DNA of 64,000 nt, taken from positions 192,001-256,000 of the forward strand of contig CBDANC010000015.1 of assembly GCA_965197425.1 (NCBI GenBank). Direction: 5' to 3'. The notes beneath the pieces were generated by a model, which had not been told where the DNA came from, made no database searches, and worked only from the letters and a program-made list of their open reading frames with translations. The position numbers and the translations under genes were made by a program. Of this stretch, positions 20,864-30,341 are shown piece after piece (positions within the stretch are counted from its first letter, which is position 1; every line of letters begins with the position of its first letter). Source of the DNA: Bdellovibrionales bacterium. Lineage in GTDB: Bacteria; Bdellovibrionota; Bdellovibrionia; Bdellovibrionales; JAUICD01.

Positions 20864-21625
20864 TTAATCTCTTGAATTTGTGTAAACTCTTTCTAGTACA
20901 TTTTGCAATATTTCAATTTTTCTTTCGTTGCTGAGAGTATCACTGGAATCTTCATTGTAAAGGTTGTTTCTGGATGAAAGCATGGCACATCTTCTGGTCA
21001 GCTCACTGTGTTTTCCTAATTCTATCTCAGCCTCATGCAATGTATCTAGAGCCTTTGAGGTATTGCTTCTCAAAATGTATGCGTCTGCCAATGATAGGTA
21101 TCGCTCCATTATATTGCATGGTTTCTTGTTACGGGTTTGTTTAATTTTTATCTTTTCTTTTGTGTTGAGGCTTTCTGGTTTTTTCATTTTAAATTGGTCT
21201 TGGTCATTGGAAAGAAGTTTTTTGATTCTGGAAGCCTGTGTTTTGGCTCTAGCATCATATGGGCTTATAAATAAAACACGCTCAAACAAGGCTAGAGCAC
21301 TTTTCATATCCGCTTGTTTTAGGTAGAGTTCAGCAAGCATTTTATGTGCAACCAAACTGTCTGGAGCTATCTCGGTTACTCTACAAAGAGCGTCAATGGC
21401 ACTTGGTATATCCTGTAAATCTATATAAACCTTAGCCAAACTCAAAAATCCACCAGCAAATTTTGGGTTTGTCTGTGTCCCAATTTTTAGGATCCTTAGG
21501 GCTTTTTCTAAAAAACCAGATTTTCTGTATATCTCAGCTAGGCTGGCAAATACTCTGTTAGTTTTGTCAGACTCATATATCTGCTCATACTTTTTAAACA
21601 AGAAGTCATCTATTTGCAGTTTCAT
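20864..21625 (-). CDS. Tetratricopeptide repeat protein
   Basis: FASLAEIYRKSG, LSLAKVY and APDSLVAHKMLAELY TPR patterns. Confidence 0.8.
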   Translation of the reverse strand: MKLQIDDFLFKKYEQIYESDKTNRVFASLAEIYRKSGFLEKALRILKIGTQTNPKFAGGFLSLAKVYIDLQDIPSAIDALCRVTEIAPDSLVAHKMLAELYLKQADMKSALALFERVLFISPYDARAKTQASRIKKLLSNDQDQFKMKKPESLNTKEKIKIKQTRNKKPCNIMERYLSLADAYILRSNTSKALDTLHEAEIELGKHSELTRRCAMLSSRNNLYNEDSSDTLSNERKIEILQNVLERVYTNSRD

Positions 21626-21674
21626 AATTGGGTTTGTATTCTATTAGATAAGACTTTAGTTTGTAAAGGGCATT

Positions 21675-22376
21675 ATGTCGGGACATAGTAAATGGGCAAC
21701 AATTAAAAGAGCAAAAGGCGCTCAAGACGCAAAAAGAGGAAAACTTTTTAACAAAGTTGCCAGAGAGATAGCAACCGCAGTCAGAATTGGAGGGAACAAT
21801 CCAGAAACAAACCCAAGACTAAAAAAAGCAATAAGGCTTGCTAAGTCAGTCTCCATGCCAAAAGATAACATTTCAAAAATTTTAAATAAGAAAGACCATG
21901 ATCAGTATTGTGAAATCACCTATGAGGGATACGCTCCTGGGGGAATAGCGCTAATGATAGAATGTATTACTGATAATAAAACCAGAACTGTTTCTGAGGT
22001 AAGGCATATTTTTAGCAAAATGGGAGGAAGTTTAGGTGAGTCGGGTTGTGTTAAATACCTTTTTGATAAAAAAGGGGAAATTGTGGTTCAGACCAGCAGT
22101 GACAAATTCAAAGAATTGGCAATAGAATTAGGTGCAAACGATATCATCGAAGAAGAAGATTTCACTATAGTGCTTACCGAATCAGAAGATCACGATGCAA
22201 TATCACAACAAATGACCGAGCAGAATTATGAACCGGTAAGTTCCAAAGTTATAGAAGTTGCTAATACCAATGTAGACATAGCAGGAGAAGCTCGTCAAAA
22301 AGTAGTAAAAGTAATAGAGAAATTAGAAGATCTAGACTGTGTTCAAAATGTATATCACAATATGAATGATGAATGA
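21675..22376 (+). CDS. yebC: YebC/PmpR family protein
   Basis: MSGHSKWATIKRAK, YEGYAPGG, TDNKTRT and VQNVYHN motifs; upstream of ruvCAB. Confidence 0.95.
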   Translation: MSGHSKWATIKRAKGAQDAKRGKLFNKVAREIATAVRIGGNNPETNPRLKKAIRLAKSVSMPKDNISKILNKKDHDQYCEITYEGYAPGGIALMIECITDNKTRTVSEVRHIFSKMGGSLGESGCVKYLFDKKGEIVVQTSSDKFKELAIELGANDIIEEEDFTIVLTESEDHDAISQQMTEQNYEPVSSKVIEVANTNVDIAGEARQKVVKVIEKLEDLDCVQNVYHNMNDE

Positions 22377-22881
22377 CTTAAAAACAAAAGATAAAGTCCC
22401 TTTAAGAATTTTAGGATTAGATCCAGGAACATATCATTCTGGCTACGCAATCATAGATTGTTTGGATAATAAGAGCCAGCACTTAACTCATGGCTCAATT
22501 AATCCAGACAAAAAACTACCCATAGATAGTAGAATAAAATATATGGCAGATAATTTAGATAAACTACTAACAGAATATGAGCCTAATGTTGCAGCAATAG
22601 AACAGCCATTTCTAGGGCTCAATGCTAAAAACCTTATTAAGCTTTCTTTGATTCAAGGTGCTTTTATCTATGTTTTAAAGAGTCATAATGTGTCAATACA
22701 GGAAATATCTCCCAAATCTGTCAAGTTGAGTGTTACTGGTAATGGTGCTGCTACAAAGGAACAGGTGAGACTGTTAACAATTGCAAGTTTGGGTATAGAC
22801 TCTAATGAAGGTTTAGATGCTACAGATGCTTTGGCTGTGGCCTTGAGTGCGACCCAACATTATAGTACAAGGCATTTATGA
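22366..22881 (+). CDS. ruvC: Holliday junction resolvase RuvC
   Basis: ILGLDPG, VKLSVTGNGAATKEQV and DATDALAVA motifs. Confidence 0.95.
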   Translation: MMNDLKTKDKVPLRILGLDPGTYHSGYAIIDCLDNKSQHLTHGSINPDKKLPIDSRIKYMADNLDKLLTEYEPNVAAIEQPFLGLNAKNLIKLSLIQGAFIYVLKSHNVSIQEISPKSVKLSVTGNGAATKEQVRLLTIASLGIDSNEGLDATDALAVALSATQHYSTRHL

Positions 22882-23447
22882 TAGCGTTCTTAGAGGGCAA
22901 AGTTTTAAACGCTACCCCAGAAAGGCTTTTGTTATTAACCGAAGCTGGGGTTGGATATCAAGTTTTTATAACCAAATTTTCATACAAAGTTATACACAAC
23001 AAGCCCAAATGCTCTGTTTGGATTCATACCTCTGTCAGGGAAGATTCCATAACTTTCTACGGCTTTACAAACTTGCAAGAAAAAGCGGTATTTGAGGCTC
23101 TAATATCAGTAGATAGACTGGGGCCTAAATTGGCGATTAAATTGTTATCGGCAGCACCATTTGATGTAATTTTTGGTATGATAAAAAACTCCGATGTAAA
23201 AGGTCTGTCGAAATTGCCAGGTATAGGTTCAAAAAAAGCAGAACAAATAGTGTTAAAGTTGAAAGGAAGTGTGATTGATGTTGAAGTTGAGTCTTCCAAG
23301 TTAAAGCATAAAGATACTGTGGTAAGTGCTTTGGTTAATTTAGGATTTAGGCAAACTGATGTGGAAAACGTTGTATCTAACTTTAAAAATGATGTGCCGG
23401 TGAAAGAAGCTATAAAAAAGGGCCTTTCAATTTTGTCGGGCTATTAG
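22878..23447 (+). CDS. ruvA: Holliday junction branch migration protein RuvA
   Basis: MIAFLEG, GVGY, VRED, PGIGSKKAEQI and ALVNLGF motifs. Confidence 0.95.
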   Translation: MIAFLEGKVLNATPERLLLLTEAGVGYQVFITKFSYKVIHNKPKCSVWIHTSVREDSITFYGFTNLQEKAVFEALISVDRLGPKLAIKLLSAAPFDVIFGMIKNSDVKGLSKLPGIGSKKAEQIVLKLKGSVIDVEVESSKLKHKDTVVSALVNLGFRQTDVENVVSNFKNDVPVKEAIKKGLSILSGY

Positions 23448-23458
23448 GAGTATAAAAA

Positions 23459-24445
23459 GTGGTTGATGATAGATTGCTTGGTGGTAAAAAACTTGAGCTA
23501 GACTCTGGAGAAAATAATCTTAGACCTAGAAGCTTTGATGAATTCCCAGGGCAAGACAAGGTCAAGGAGAGACTTAAAGTTATGGTTAAGGCAGCCAAGG
23601 GTAGAAATGATCCCCTGGATCATGTTCTCTTTTGTGGCCCTCCAGGATTAGGAAAGACAACTTTGGGTCACATTATAGCTTCTGAGATGGGCGTTGAACT
23701 AAAAGTAACTTCAGGGCCTGCTATTGAAAAAAAAGGAGATCTAGCAGCTATACTGACAAGTTTACCCCCTTCTGCTGTGTTATTTATTGATGAGATACAC
23801 AGAATAAATCGCACAATTGAAGAGTATTTGTATTCTGCAATGGAGGATTTTTATATTGATATAATTACAGGTGATGGTTTGGGTGCGAAGGCTATGCAAT
23901 TTAAGCTTGAACCATTTACTCTTGCGGGAGCAACTACCAGATCAGGACTTTTGAATGCTCCTTTTAGAGAGAGATTTGGAATAACAGAGAGATTAGATTT
24001 TTATTTGCCAAAAGATTTGACCACTATAGTACTTAGATCAGCAAAAATACTTAACATAAAAATAGATGAGGATGGAGCATTTGAAATAGCATCACGATGC
24101 CGTGGAACACCTAGAGTTTCAAACAGACTACTAAAGAGAATACGGGATTATGCTCAAATTAAATTTGATGATCGTATCGATAAGTTTGTTGCTAGAGAGG
24201 TGCTCATAGAGCTTGAAGTTGATAAGCTTGGTTTAGATTACATGGATAGAAAAATTTTGAAAGCCATAGTTGACAAGTTTGAAGGTGGACCTGTTGGAAT
24301 AGATACTATCAGTTCGGCTATGAGTGAGCAAAAGGATACAATCGAGGAAGTCTATGAACCATATTTGATCAAAGAAGGTTTTCTTATCAAAACTCCAAGA
24401 GGTAGAATCGCCACAAAAAGGACCTTAGATCACTTGAAGGAATAG
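23459..24445 (+). CDS. ruvB: Holliday junction branch migration helicase RuvB
   Basis: LRPRSF, GPPGLGKTTL, LFIDEIHR, GATTRSG, RGTPR and TPRGR motifs. Confidence 0.97.
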   Translation: MVDDRLLGGKKLELDSGENNLRPRSFDEFPGQDKVKERLKVMVKAAKGRNDPLDHVLFCGPPGLGKTTLGHIIASEMGVELKVTSGPAIEKKGDLAAILTSLPPSAVLFIDEIHRINRTIEEYLYSAMEDFYIDIITGDGLGAKAMQFKLEPFTLAGATTRSGLLNAPFRERFGITERLDFYLPKDLTTIVLRSAKILNIKIDEDGAFEIASRCRGTPRVSNRLLKRIRDYAQIKFDDRIDKFVAREVLIELEVDKLGLDYMDRKILKAIVDKFEGGPVGIDTISSAMSEQKDTIEEVYEPYLIKEGFLIKTPRGRIATKRTLDHLKE

Positions 24446-24561
24446 CAACACAATCTTTCGTATTTAGTTGGTCCCTTATTACATAGGCAGTTTACTGCTT
24501 TATTGGAAATTTGCATTTTTTGGTCGTCACAAAATTAACAATTTATCCTGTGAATTTGTGA

Positions 24562-25218
24562 TTAATGATTTTGAAGCTCATTTATTTTTTCCTCAATTAA
24601 GTTGATTATATTTGTGTTTTCAAGTTGGAGAGCAATTTCTAGAGCGGTTTTACCATAGAAATCTGTTTTCTTTATGTTTATGTCTGGGTGATCAAGTAAT
24701 GTTGGAATTATTTCTTCATGTCCATGTAGTACCGCAAAATGTAGAGTATATCTTCCTTTAAACATTATTCTTAAATTAATATCAGGGTGAGCTACTAGAA
24801 TTTTTGCAGTCTCAGTGTCTTTATTTTTAATCGCAGTCATCAGAGGTGGTGACTCTACCGCGCGCTTTCTGTAGTTTACATTGATATCGTCTCGTTTAAG
24901 AAGGTGAGAGACTACTTCGTGTTTTTCTAGTTTAGTTGCTAGTGTTAATGCATGGTCTATTGCTTCACTACAAAGGAATCTGGAGATAAAGTTTAAATCC
25001 TTGGGAGCTTCTATTAATTGAAGTGTCTTTGTAACATCTCCATCTTGTATTGCTGTATTCAACTCTGAATACAACCCCTCACATCTAGTTTCAGAATCTG
25101 AAGATATATCTCTAACTTTATTTTGTTTAGTATCTACACTTGTGCAGGAAACAATAATCGGGGCTAAAAAAACAAATGTTAAAGAAACTTTATTCAACAC
25201 TTTCACCATACCTATCAT
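24562..25218 (-). CDS. Ankyrin repeat lipoprotein
   Basis: Lipobox-like IVSC after a hydrophobic stretch; ankyrin repeats PLMTAI, TLHFAVLHGH and GKTALEIA. Confidence 0.85.
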   Translation of the reverse strand: MIGMVKVLNKVSLTFVFLAPIIVSCTSVDTKQNKVRDISSDSETRCEGLYSELNTAIQDGDVTKTLQLIEAPKDLNFISRFLCSEAIDHALTLATKLEKHEVVSHLLKRDDINVNYRKRAVESPPLMTAIKNKDTETAKILVAHPDINLRIMFKGRYTLHFAVLHGHEEIIPTLLDHPDINIKKTDFYGKTALEIALQLENTNIINLIEEKINELQNH

Positions 25219-25296
25219 TTATCACACATAACTTAATATTTGGTAGTATAAGTATATGGAATACACACCATAGTCTACTGTCAATGCTTATTTCTT

Positions 25297-25587
25297 TAAT
25301 AGAAGGTGAGGTTAATGAAGCAAAAATAAGCCGACTTGTTAAATAAAGGTGAGGCTAGTGAACAGCAAACAAATCTGGCTTCGCCAGTTTTTTGCTGTGA
25401 ACACCTGTTTCGCTTTTTTGCTGAGTGCCTGTTTCTATTAAAGGTGATCCCACTATGATCCGGCAAATCGGCAATTGATTTAATTTTTTCTTAAAGGTCC
25501 ATTAGCGAAGCGATTGTTTCCCGGTGTAATGTGTAATACAAACCAAATTCCTAAAGGTCCATCAGGCTCTTTAATGGGGCTTTAGGT
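25297..25587 (+). repeat. Stack of AAGGT-headed palindromic elements, one nested in another
   Basis: aaggtgagg at about 25303 and 25345, aaggtgatcc at 25441, aaggtccat at about 25494 and 25554; hairpins cagcaaacaaatctggc-ttc-gccagttttttgctg and cctaaag...ctttagg. Confidence 0.65.
25482..25507 (+). repeat. 26-bp direct repeat, left copy
   Basis: aattttttcttaaaggtccattagcg; 25/26 identical to 29324-29349. Confidence 0.8.
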
Positions 25588-25755
25588 AAAAATTTCATAA
25601 TTGAAATATCTGTGTAATGTGATTTTTTCTAAAACATTCCAAATCAAACAGTGGGCATAAAAATACTGTTATAATGGAAGGGTCTATATTTGCATTATTT
25701 GGACTCATAAAAGTTAAAGCATAAAATTTTTCTTAAATAAGGAATAACCTAACTA

Positions 25756-28700
25756 ATGAACTATAAGATCATAATAGTATTTTTATTTGTTTTTATATCT
25801 CATGGGTTTGCTTTTGGAAGCCCTGCTTGTGTTGATGTCCTGACGGGCAGAGATCCTGAAATACAATCTTGGTTAGATCAAGAACTACTAGAAGCAGTCA
25901 AAACTGGTGATCTGCAAGATGTCACCTATCTTATAAGTGAAGGTGCTGATTTAAATGTAACAAACAGATATTTAAGTACGCCTTTACATGTGGCTATACG
26001 GGAAGGGCATTATGATGTTGTGGAGTTATTACTTGAAAAAGGAGCAGGTGTAAATGCAAAGAATGTATATGGAAATACACCTTTACATGTAGCTGTAAGT
26101 GCAAAGCAAACTACTATGATAGAGCTTTTTTTAAGAAAGAAAGCTGCAGGTTTGCATATAGGTTTTGATATAAAAAATAATGGTGATGAAGATAATCCTG
26201 ACGGATATACCCCAATTGAGCTAGCTGAAAAACAAAACCCAATTACAATTGCAAAACTCCTTAGTGGTGAATTTACTCCGAGGAAAAGGCCACCCACAGA
26301 ATTGGATGTAGAACTACTAGAAGCAGTTAAAACTGGTGATCTAAAAAGAGTACATAAGCTTATAGAAGAGGATCCTGATGTTGTACATGCAAGAACCCAA
26401 GATTGGGGTACACCTTTACATGTGGCTATACAAGCGGGGCATTATGATATTGTGGAGTTATTAATTGAAAAAGGAGCGGATGTAAACGCAAAGAATGTGC
26501 ATGGAAATACACCTTTACATACAGCTGTAAGTGCAAGGCAAACTACTATGATAGAGCTTTTTTTAAGAAAGAAAGTAGAAGGTTTGAATGTAGATCTTGA
26601 TATAAAAAATAATGGTGATGAAGATAATCCTGACGGATATACCCCAATTGAGCTAGCTGAAAAACAACACCCAATTACAATTGCAAAACTCCTTAGTGGT
26701 GAATTTACTCCGAGGAAAAGGCCACCCACAGAATTGGATGTAGAACTACTAGAAGCAGTTAAAACTGGTGATCTAAAAAGAGTACATGAGCTTATAGAAG
26801 AAGATCCTGATGTTGTACATGCAAAAAACCAATATTGGGGTACACCTTTACATGTGGCTATACAAGCGGGGCATTATGATATTGTGGAGTTATTAATTGA
26901 AAAAGGAGCGGATGTAAACGCAAAGAATGTGCATGGAAATACACCTTTACATACAGCTGTAAGTGCAAGGCAAACTACTATGATAGAGCTTTTTTTAAGA
27001 AAGAAAGCTGCAGGTTTGCATATAGGTTTTGATATAAAAAATAATGGTGATGAAGATAATCCTGACGGATATACCCCAATTGAGCTAGCTGAAAAACGGA
27101 ATGCAACTATAATTACAAAACTTCTTAGTGGTGAATTTGCACCTAGGAAAAGGCCACTAGCAGATAATGATATAAGGATACTAGAGGCTAGCGAAAATGG
27201 CAACCTAGAAGAAGTACATAAGCTTATAGAAAAAGATCCTGATGTTGTACACGCAAGAAATCAACACTGGAGTACACCTTTACACGTAGCTATACAAGTG
27301 GGGCATTATGATGTTGTGGAGTTATTAATTGAAAAAGGTGCGGATGTAAATGCAAAGAATGTGCATGGAAATACGCCTTTACACATAGTTGTAATTGTTG
27401 GGGAGACTGTTTTTGTAAAGTTGTTAATAAGAAATAACGCTAAAGTGGATATAAAAAATGGTAATGAGAAAACTCCTATTGAAATTGCTAAAGAGAGAGG
27501 ACGTGGTAGAATTAGGACGTTTCTTGAAGATGGTGGTGAACTCAGAACAAATGAAGTATCACTAACTTGGTTGGACAAAGAATTAATAAAAGCAGTTGAA
27601 ATGGGCAATCTAGGAGAAATAAGAGAGCTTATAGAAAATCAAGATGCCAATATAGATGTAAGAAATCCTAAAGGAAAATCAACACTATTACACTTAGCTG
27701 CAAAAATAGGATCCTATGATGTTGTGGAGTTGTTAATTGAAAAAGCTCCTGATTTATTAAATGCAAAAACTGTACATTTAAACACACCTTTACACGTGGC
27801 TATACAAGAAGGACAATATGATATTGTGGAATTATTAATTGAAAAAGGTGCGGATGTAAACGCAAAGAATGTGCATGGAAATACACCCTTACATGTAGCT
27901 GTAATGCACGGACAAATTACTATTATAGAGTTTTTTTTACGAAAGAAAGCAGAAGGTTTGAATGTAGATCTTGATATAAAAAATAATAAGAAAGAGACTC
28001 CAATTGAACTAGCTGAAAAACGGAACTCAATCATAATTACAAAACTTCTTAGTGGTGAATTTGCATCTAGGAAAAAGCCACCAACAGAATTGGATGTAGA
28101 ACTACTAGAAGCAGTTAAAACTGGCAATCTAGAAGAAGTACATAAGCTTATAGAAGAAGATCCTGATGTTGTGCATGCAAGAACCAGGGAGTGGAGTACA
28201 CCTTTACATGTAGCTATACAAGCAGGGCATTATGATATTGTGGAATTATTAATTGAAAAAGGTGCGGATATAAATGCAAAGAATATAAATGGAAATACAC
28301 CTTTACACACAGCTGTAAGTCAAGAACAAACTACTATGATAGAGCTTTTTTTAAGAAAGAAAGCTGCAGGTTTGGATATAGGTTTTGATATAAAAAATAA
28401 TGGTGATGAAGATAATCCTGACGGATATACCCCAATTGAGCTAGCTGAAAAACAAAACTCAATCATAATTGCAAAGCTACTTAGTGGTGAGTTTGCACCT
28501 AGGAAAAGGCCACCCACAGAATTGGATGTAGAACTACTAGAAGCAGTTAAAACTGGTGATCTAAAAAGAGTACATAAGATTATAGAAGAGGATCCTGATG
28601 TTGTACACGCAAGAACTCAAAATTGGGGTACACCTTTACATGTGGCTATACAATACAGGCATTATGATATTGTGGAGTTATTAATTGACAAAGGTGCGGA

Positions 28701-29385
28701 TGTAAACGCAAGGAATGTGCGTGGAAATACACCCTTACACATAGCTGTAAATGACAAACAAATTACTACTGTAGAGCTTTTTTTAAGAAAGAAAGTAGAA
28801 GGTTTGAATGTAGATCTTGATATAAAAAATAATGGTGATGAAGATAATCCTGATGGACATACTCCATTTGAACTAGCTGAAAAACGAAACTTTACTATAA
28901 TTAAAAAACTTCTTAGTGGTGAATTTACTCCGAGGAAAAGTCTACCCACAGAATTGGATGTAGAACTACTAGAAGCAGTAAAAACTGGCAAACTAGAAGA
29001 AGTACGTAAGCTTATAGAAGAGGATTCTGATGTTGTACACGCAAGAAATGAACATTGGGGTACACCTTTACATGTGGCTACACAATACAGGCACAATGAT
29101 ATTGTGGAGTTATTAATTGAAAAAGGAGCAGATGTAAACGCAAGGAATGTGCGTGGAAATACACCCTTACACACAGCTGTCCGAATTAGTTTTTATGAAG
29201 CTATAGATATATTGTTAACCATAGAGGAGCTAATTGTAGATGAGGTTAATGATAAAGGTGAAACGGCTTTAGATTTAGCTGCACAAACAGAGAATGAAGT
29301 TATTTTTGATTTGTTAGTTGATAAATTTTTTCCTAAAGGTCCATTAGCGTCTGTGATCAGGCAATCAGAGCCAGGAATCCAGTAG
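25756..29385 (+). CDS. Secreted multi-module ankyrin repeat protein
   Basis: Signal peptide MNYKIIIVFLFVFISHGFA; about 8 modules, each with ELLEAVKTG / TPLHVA / GNTPLH / TPIELA; 432-bp DNA periodicity (26311, 26743, 27175; 28099, 28531, 28963). Confidence 0.95.
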   Translation: MNYKIIIVFLFVFISHGFAFGSPACVDVLTGRDPEIQSWLDQELLEAVKTGDLQDVTYLISEGADLNVTNRYLSTPLHVAIREGHYDVVELLLEKGAGVNAKNVYGNTPLHVAVSAKQTTMIELFLRKKAAGLHIGFDIKNNGDEDNPDGYTPIELAEKQNPITIAKLLSGEFTPRKRPPTELDVELLEAVKTGDLKRVHKLIEEDPDVVHARTQDWGTPLHVAIQAGHYDIVELLIEKGADVNAKNVHGNTPLHTAVSARQTTMIELFLRKKVEGLNVDLDIKNNGDEDNPDGYTPIELAEKQHPITIAKLLSGEFTPRKRPPTELDVELLEAVKTGDLKRVHELIEEDPDVVHAKNQYWGTPLHVAIQAGHYDIVELLIEKGADVNAKNVHGNTPLHTAVSARQTTMIELFLRKKAAGLHIGFDIKNNGDEDNPDGYTPIELAEKRNATIITKLLSGEFAPRKRPLADNDIRILEASENGNLEEVHKLIEKDPDVVHARNQHWSTPLHVAIQVGHYDVVELLIEKGADVNAKNVHGNTPLHIVVIVGETVFVKLLIRNNAKVDIKNGNEKTPIEIAKERGRGRIRTFLEDGGELRTNEVSLTWLDKELIKAVEMGNLGEIRELIENQDANIDVRNPKGKSTLLHLAAKIGSYDVVELLIEKAPDLLNAKTVHLNTPLHVAIQEGQYDIVELLIEKGADVNAKNVHGNTPLHVAVMHGQITIIEFFLRKKAEGLNVDLDIKNNKKETPIELAEKRNSIIITKLLSGEFASRKKPPTELDVELLEAVKTGNLEEVHKLIEEDPDVVHARTREWSTPLHVAIQAGHYDIVELLIEKGADINAKNINGNTPLHTAVSQEQTTMIELFLRKKAAGLDIGFDIKNNGDEDNPDGYTPIELAEKQNSIIIAKLLSGEFAPRKRPPTELDVELLEAVKTGDLKRVHKIIEEDPDVVHARTQNWGTPLHVAIQYRHYDIVELLIDKGADVNARNVRGNTPLHIAVNDKQITTVELFLRKKVEGLNVDLDIKNNGDEDNPDGHTPFELAEKRNFTIIKKLLSGEFTPRKSLPTELDVELLEAVKTGKLEEVRKLIEEDSDVVHARNEHWGTPLHVATQYRHNDIVELLIEKGADVNARNVRGNTPLHTAVRISFYEAIDILLTIEELIVDEVNDKGETALDLAAQTENEVIFDLLVDKFFPKGPLASVIRQSEPGIQ
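29324..29349 (+). repeat. 26-bp direct repeat, right copy (inside the 3' end of the ankyrin gene)
   Basis: aattttttcctaaaggtccattagcg. Confidence 0.8.
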
Positions 29386-29478
29386 CCCTAGAGGAAGTTA
29401 AAGTTGGTAAATTTTCTATAATCAAATAAATATCTTTATGTATTTACTGGTTAGGTGTAAACCGAATTAAGGAAATCT

Positions 29479-30285
29479 ATGCTTAAAGTTTTATTGTTTT
29501 TATCTTTATACCAAATGGGTGCTTATGCTCAGGAGAATAATAACTCAGGGAAGCCTGAGGATGAGCAGGTGTGTATAACACAAGATTGTGGGTTTTATGC
29601 TGGTATTTCTCTTGGGCTATTACATTTGAAAGAATATAACTTGGAAATAGATTCTGAAAACTCCTACGAGCTTAATCTTAATACTGTAGGGTTAGATACG
29701 AATTTATCCGGCGGTAATGGATTAATTCTGGGATATAAATCTGGAAATATTAGACTTGAAGGATTGTTTAATCTTTCTAACTACAGATCAAATATCCAAT
29801 TTGAGACTGTAGAGCCAAAATTTTATCATGTATCTTACGAGAACATACTCAATGATTTAAGCTTTGATTTCGAATCTAGAACTATTACTGGTACTTTGAG
29901 TGTATGGGCTGAACCTTCAGGCTACTGGATTGATAATGTTAAATTACTTAGATTGGTTAGACCTTATATTGGTGTTTCCACAGGTATAGCTTTTTTTGAT
30001 TTTGATATTGGATTGGATAAAAAATCTTTAGAACTTCTTTCACACGAAATGACGGCTTCTGAGCTAGAAGATTTTCTCATTGATGATAACACTGTCAGTT
30101 CTATATTCTTATTTGGTGGAGGAGTTAACTTAGTATCAATTGGTGGTTTTTTAAACCTTGGTGTTGGATATAGATATGTGACAACTGATCCTGTGTTGTT
30201 TAAATCTATATCTGAGAATGAAATAGATTTGGGAAAACTTTCAAATCACAAGATTGAGTTCAGTACCACAATGAGCATTCCGTAG
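29479..30285 (+). CDS. Outer membrane beta-barrel protein (OmpA/OmpW-like porin family)
   Basis: Signal peptide; alternating beta-strand patterns GFYAGISLG, VRPYIGVSTG and LGVGYRY. Confidence 0.7.
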   Translation: MLKVLLFLSLYQMGAYAQENNNSGKPEDEQVCITQDCGFYAGISLGLLHLKEYNLEIDSENSYELNLNTVGLDTNLSGGNGLILGYKSGNIRLEGLFNLSNYRSNIQFETVEPKFYHVSYENILNDLSFDFESRTITGTLSVWAEPSGYWIDNVKLLRLVRPYIGVSTGIAFFDFDIGLDKKSLELLSHEMTASELEDFLIDDNTVSSIFLFGGGVNLVSIGGFLNLGVGYRYVTTDPVLFKSISENEIDLGKLSNHKIEFSTTMSIP

Positions 30286-30341
30286 ACTAGCTAAAAAAAT
30301 CCTAATAAGTTAATTTTTGTTTTGATATACAAAATTGATCT

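Noticed and set aside
24526..24561. Imperfect inverted repeat between ruvB and the ankyrin lipoprotein gene
   Set aside because: AT-rich and mismatched; could be a bidirectional terminator but too weak to call.
25756..29385. CRISPR array suggested by regular DNA repeats (also at 49255-54286)
   Set aside because: The repeats are long, in-frame coding units without unique spacers, and no cas genes are present.
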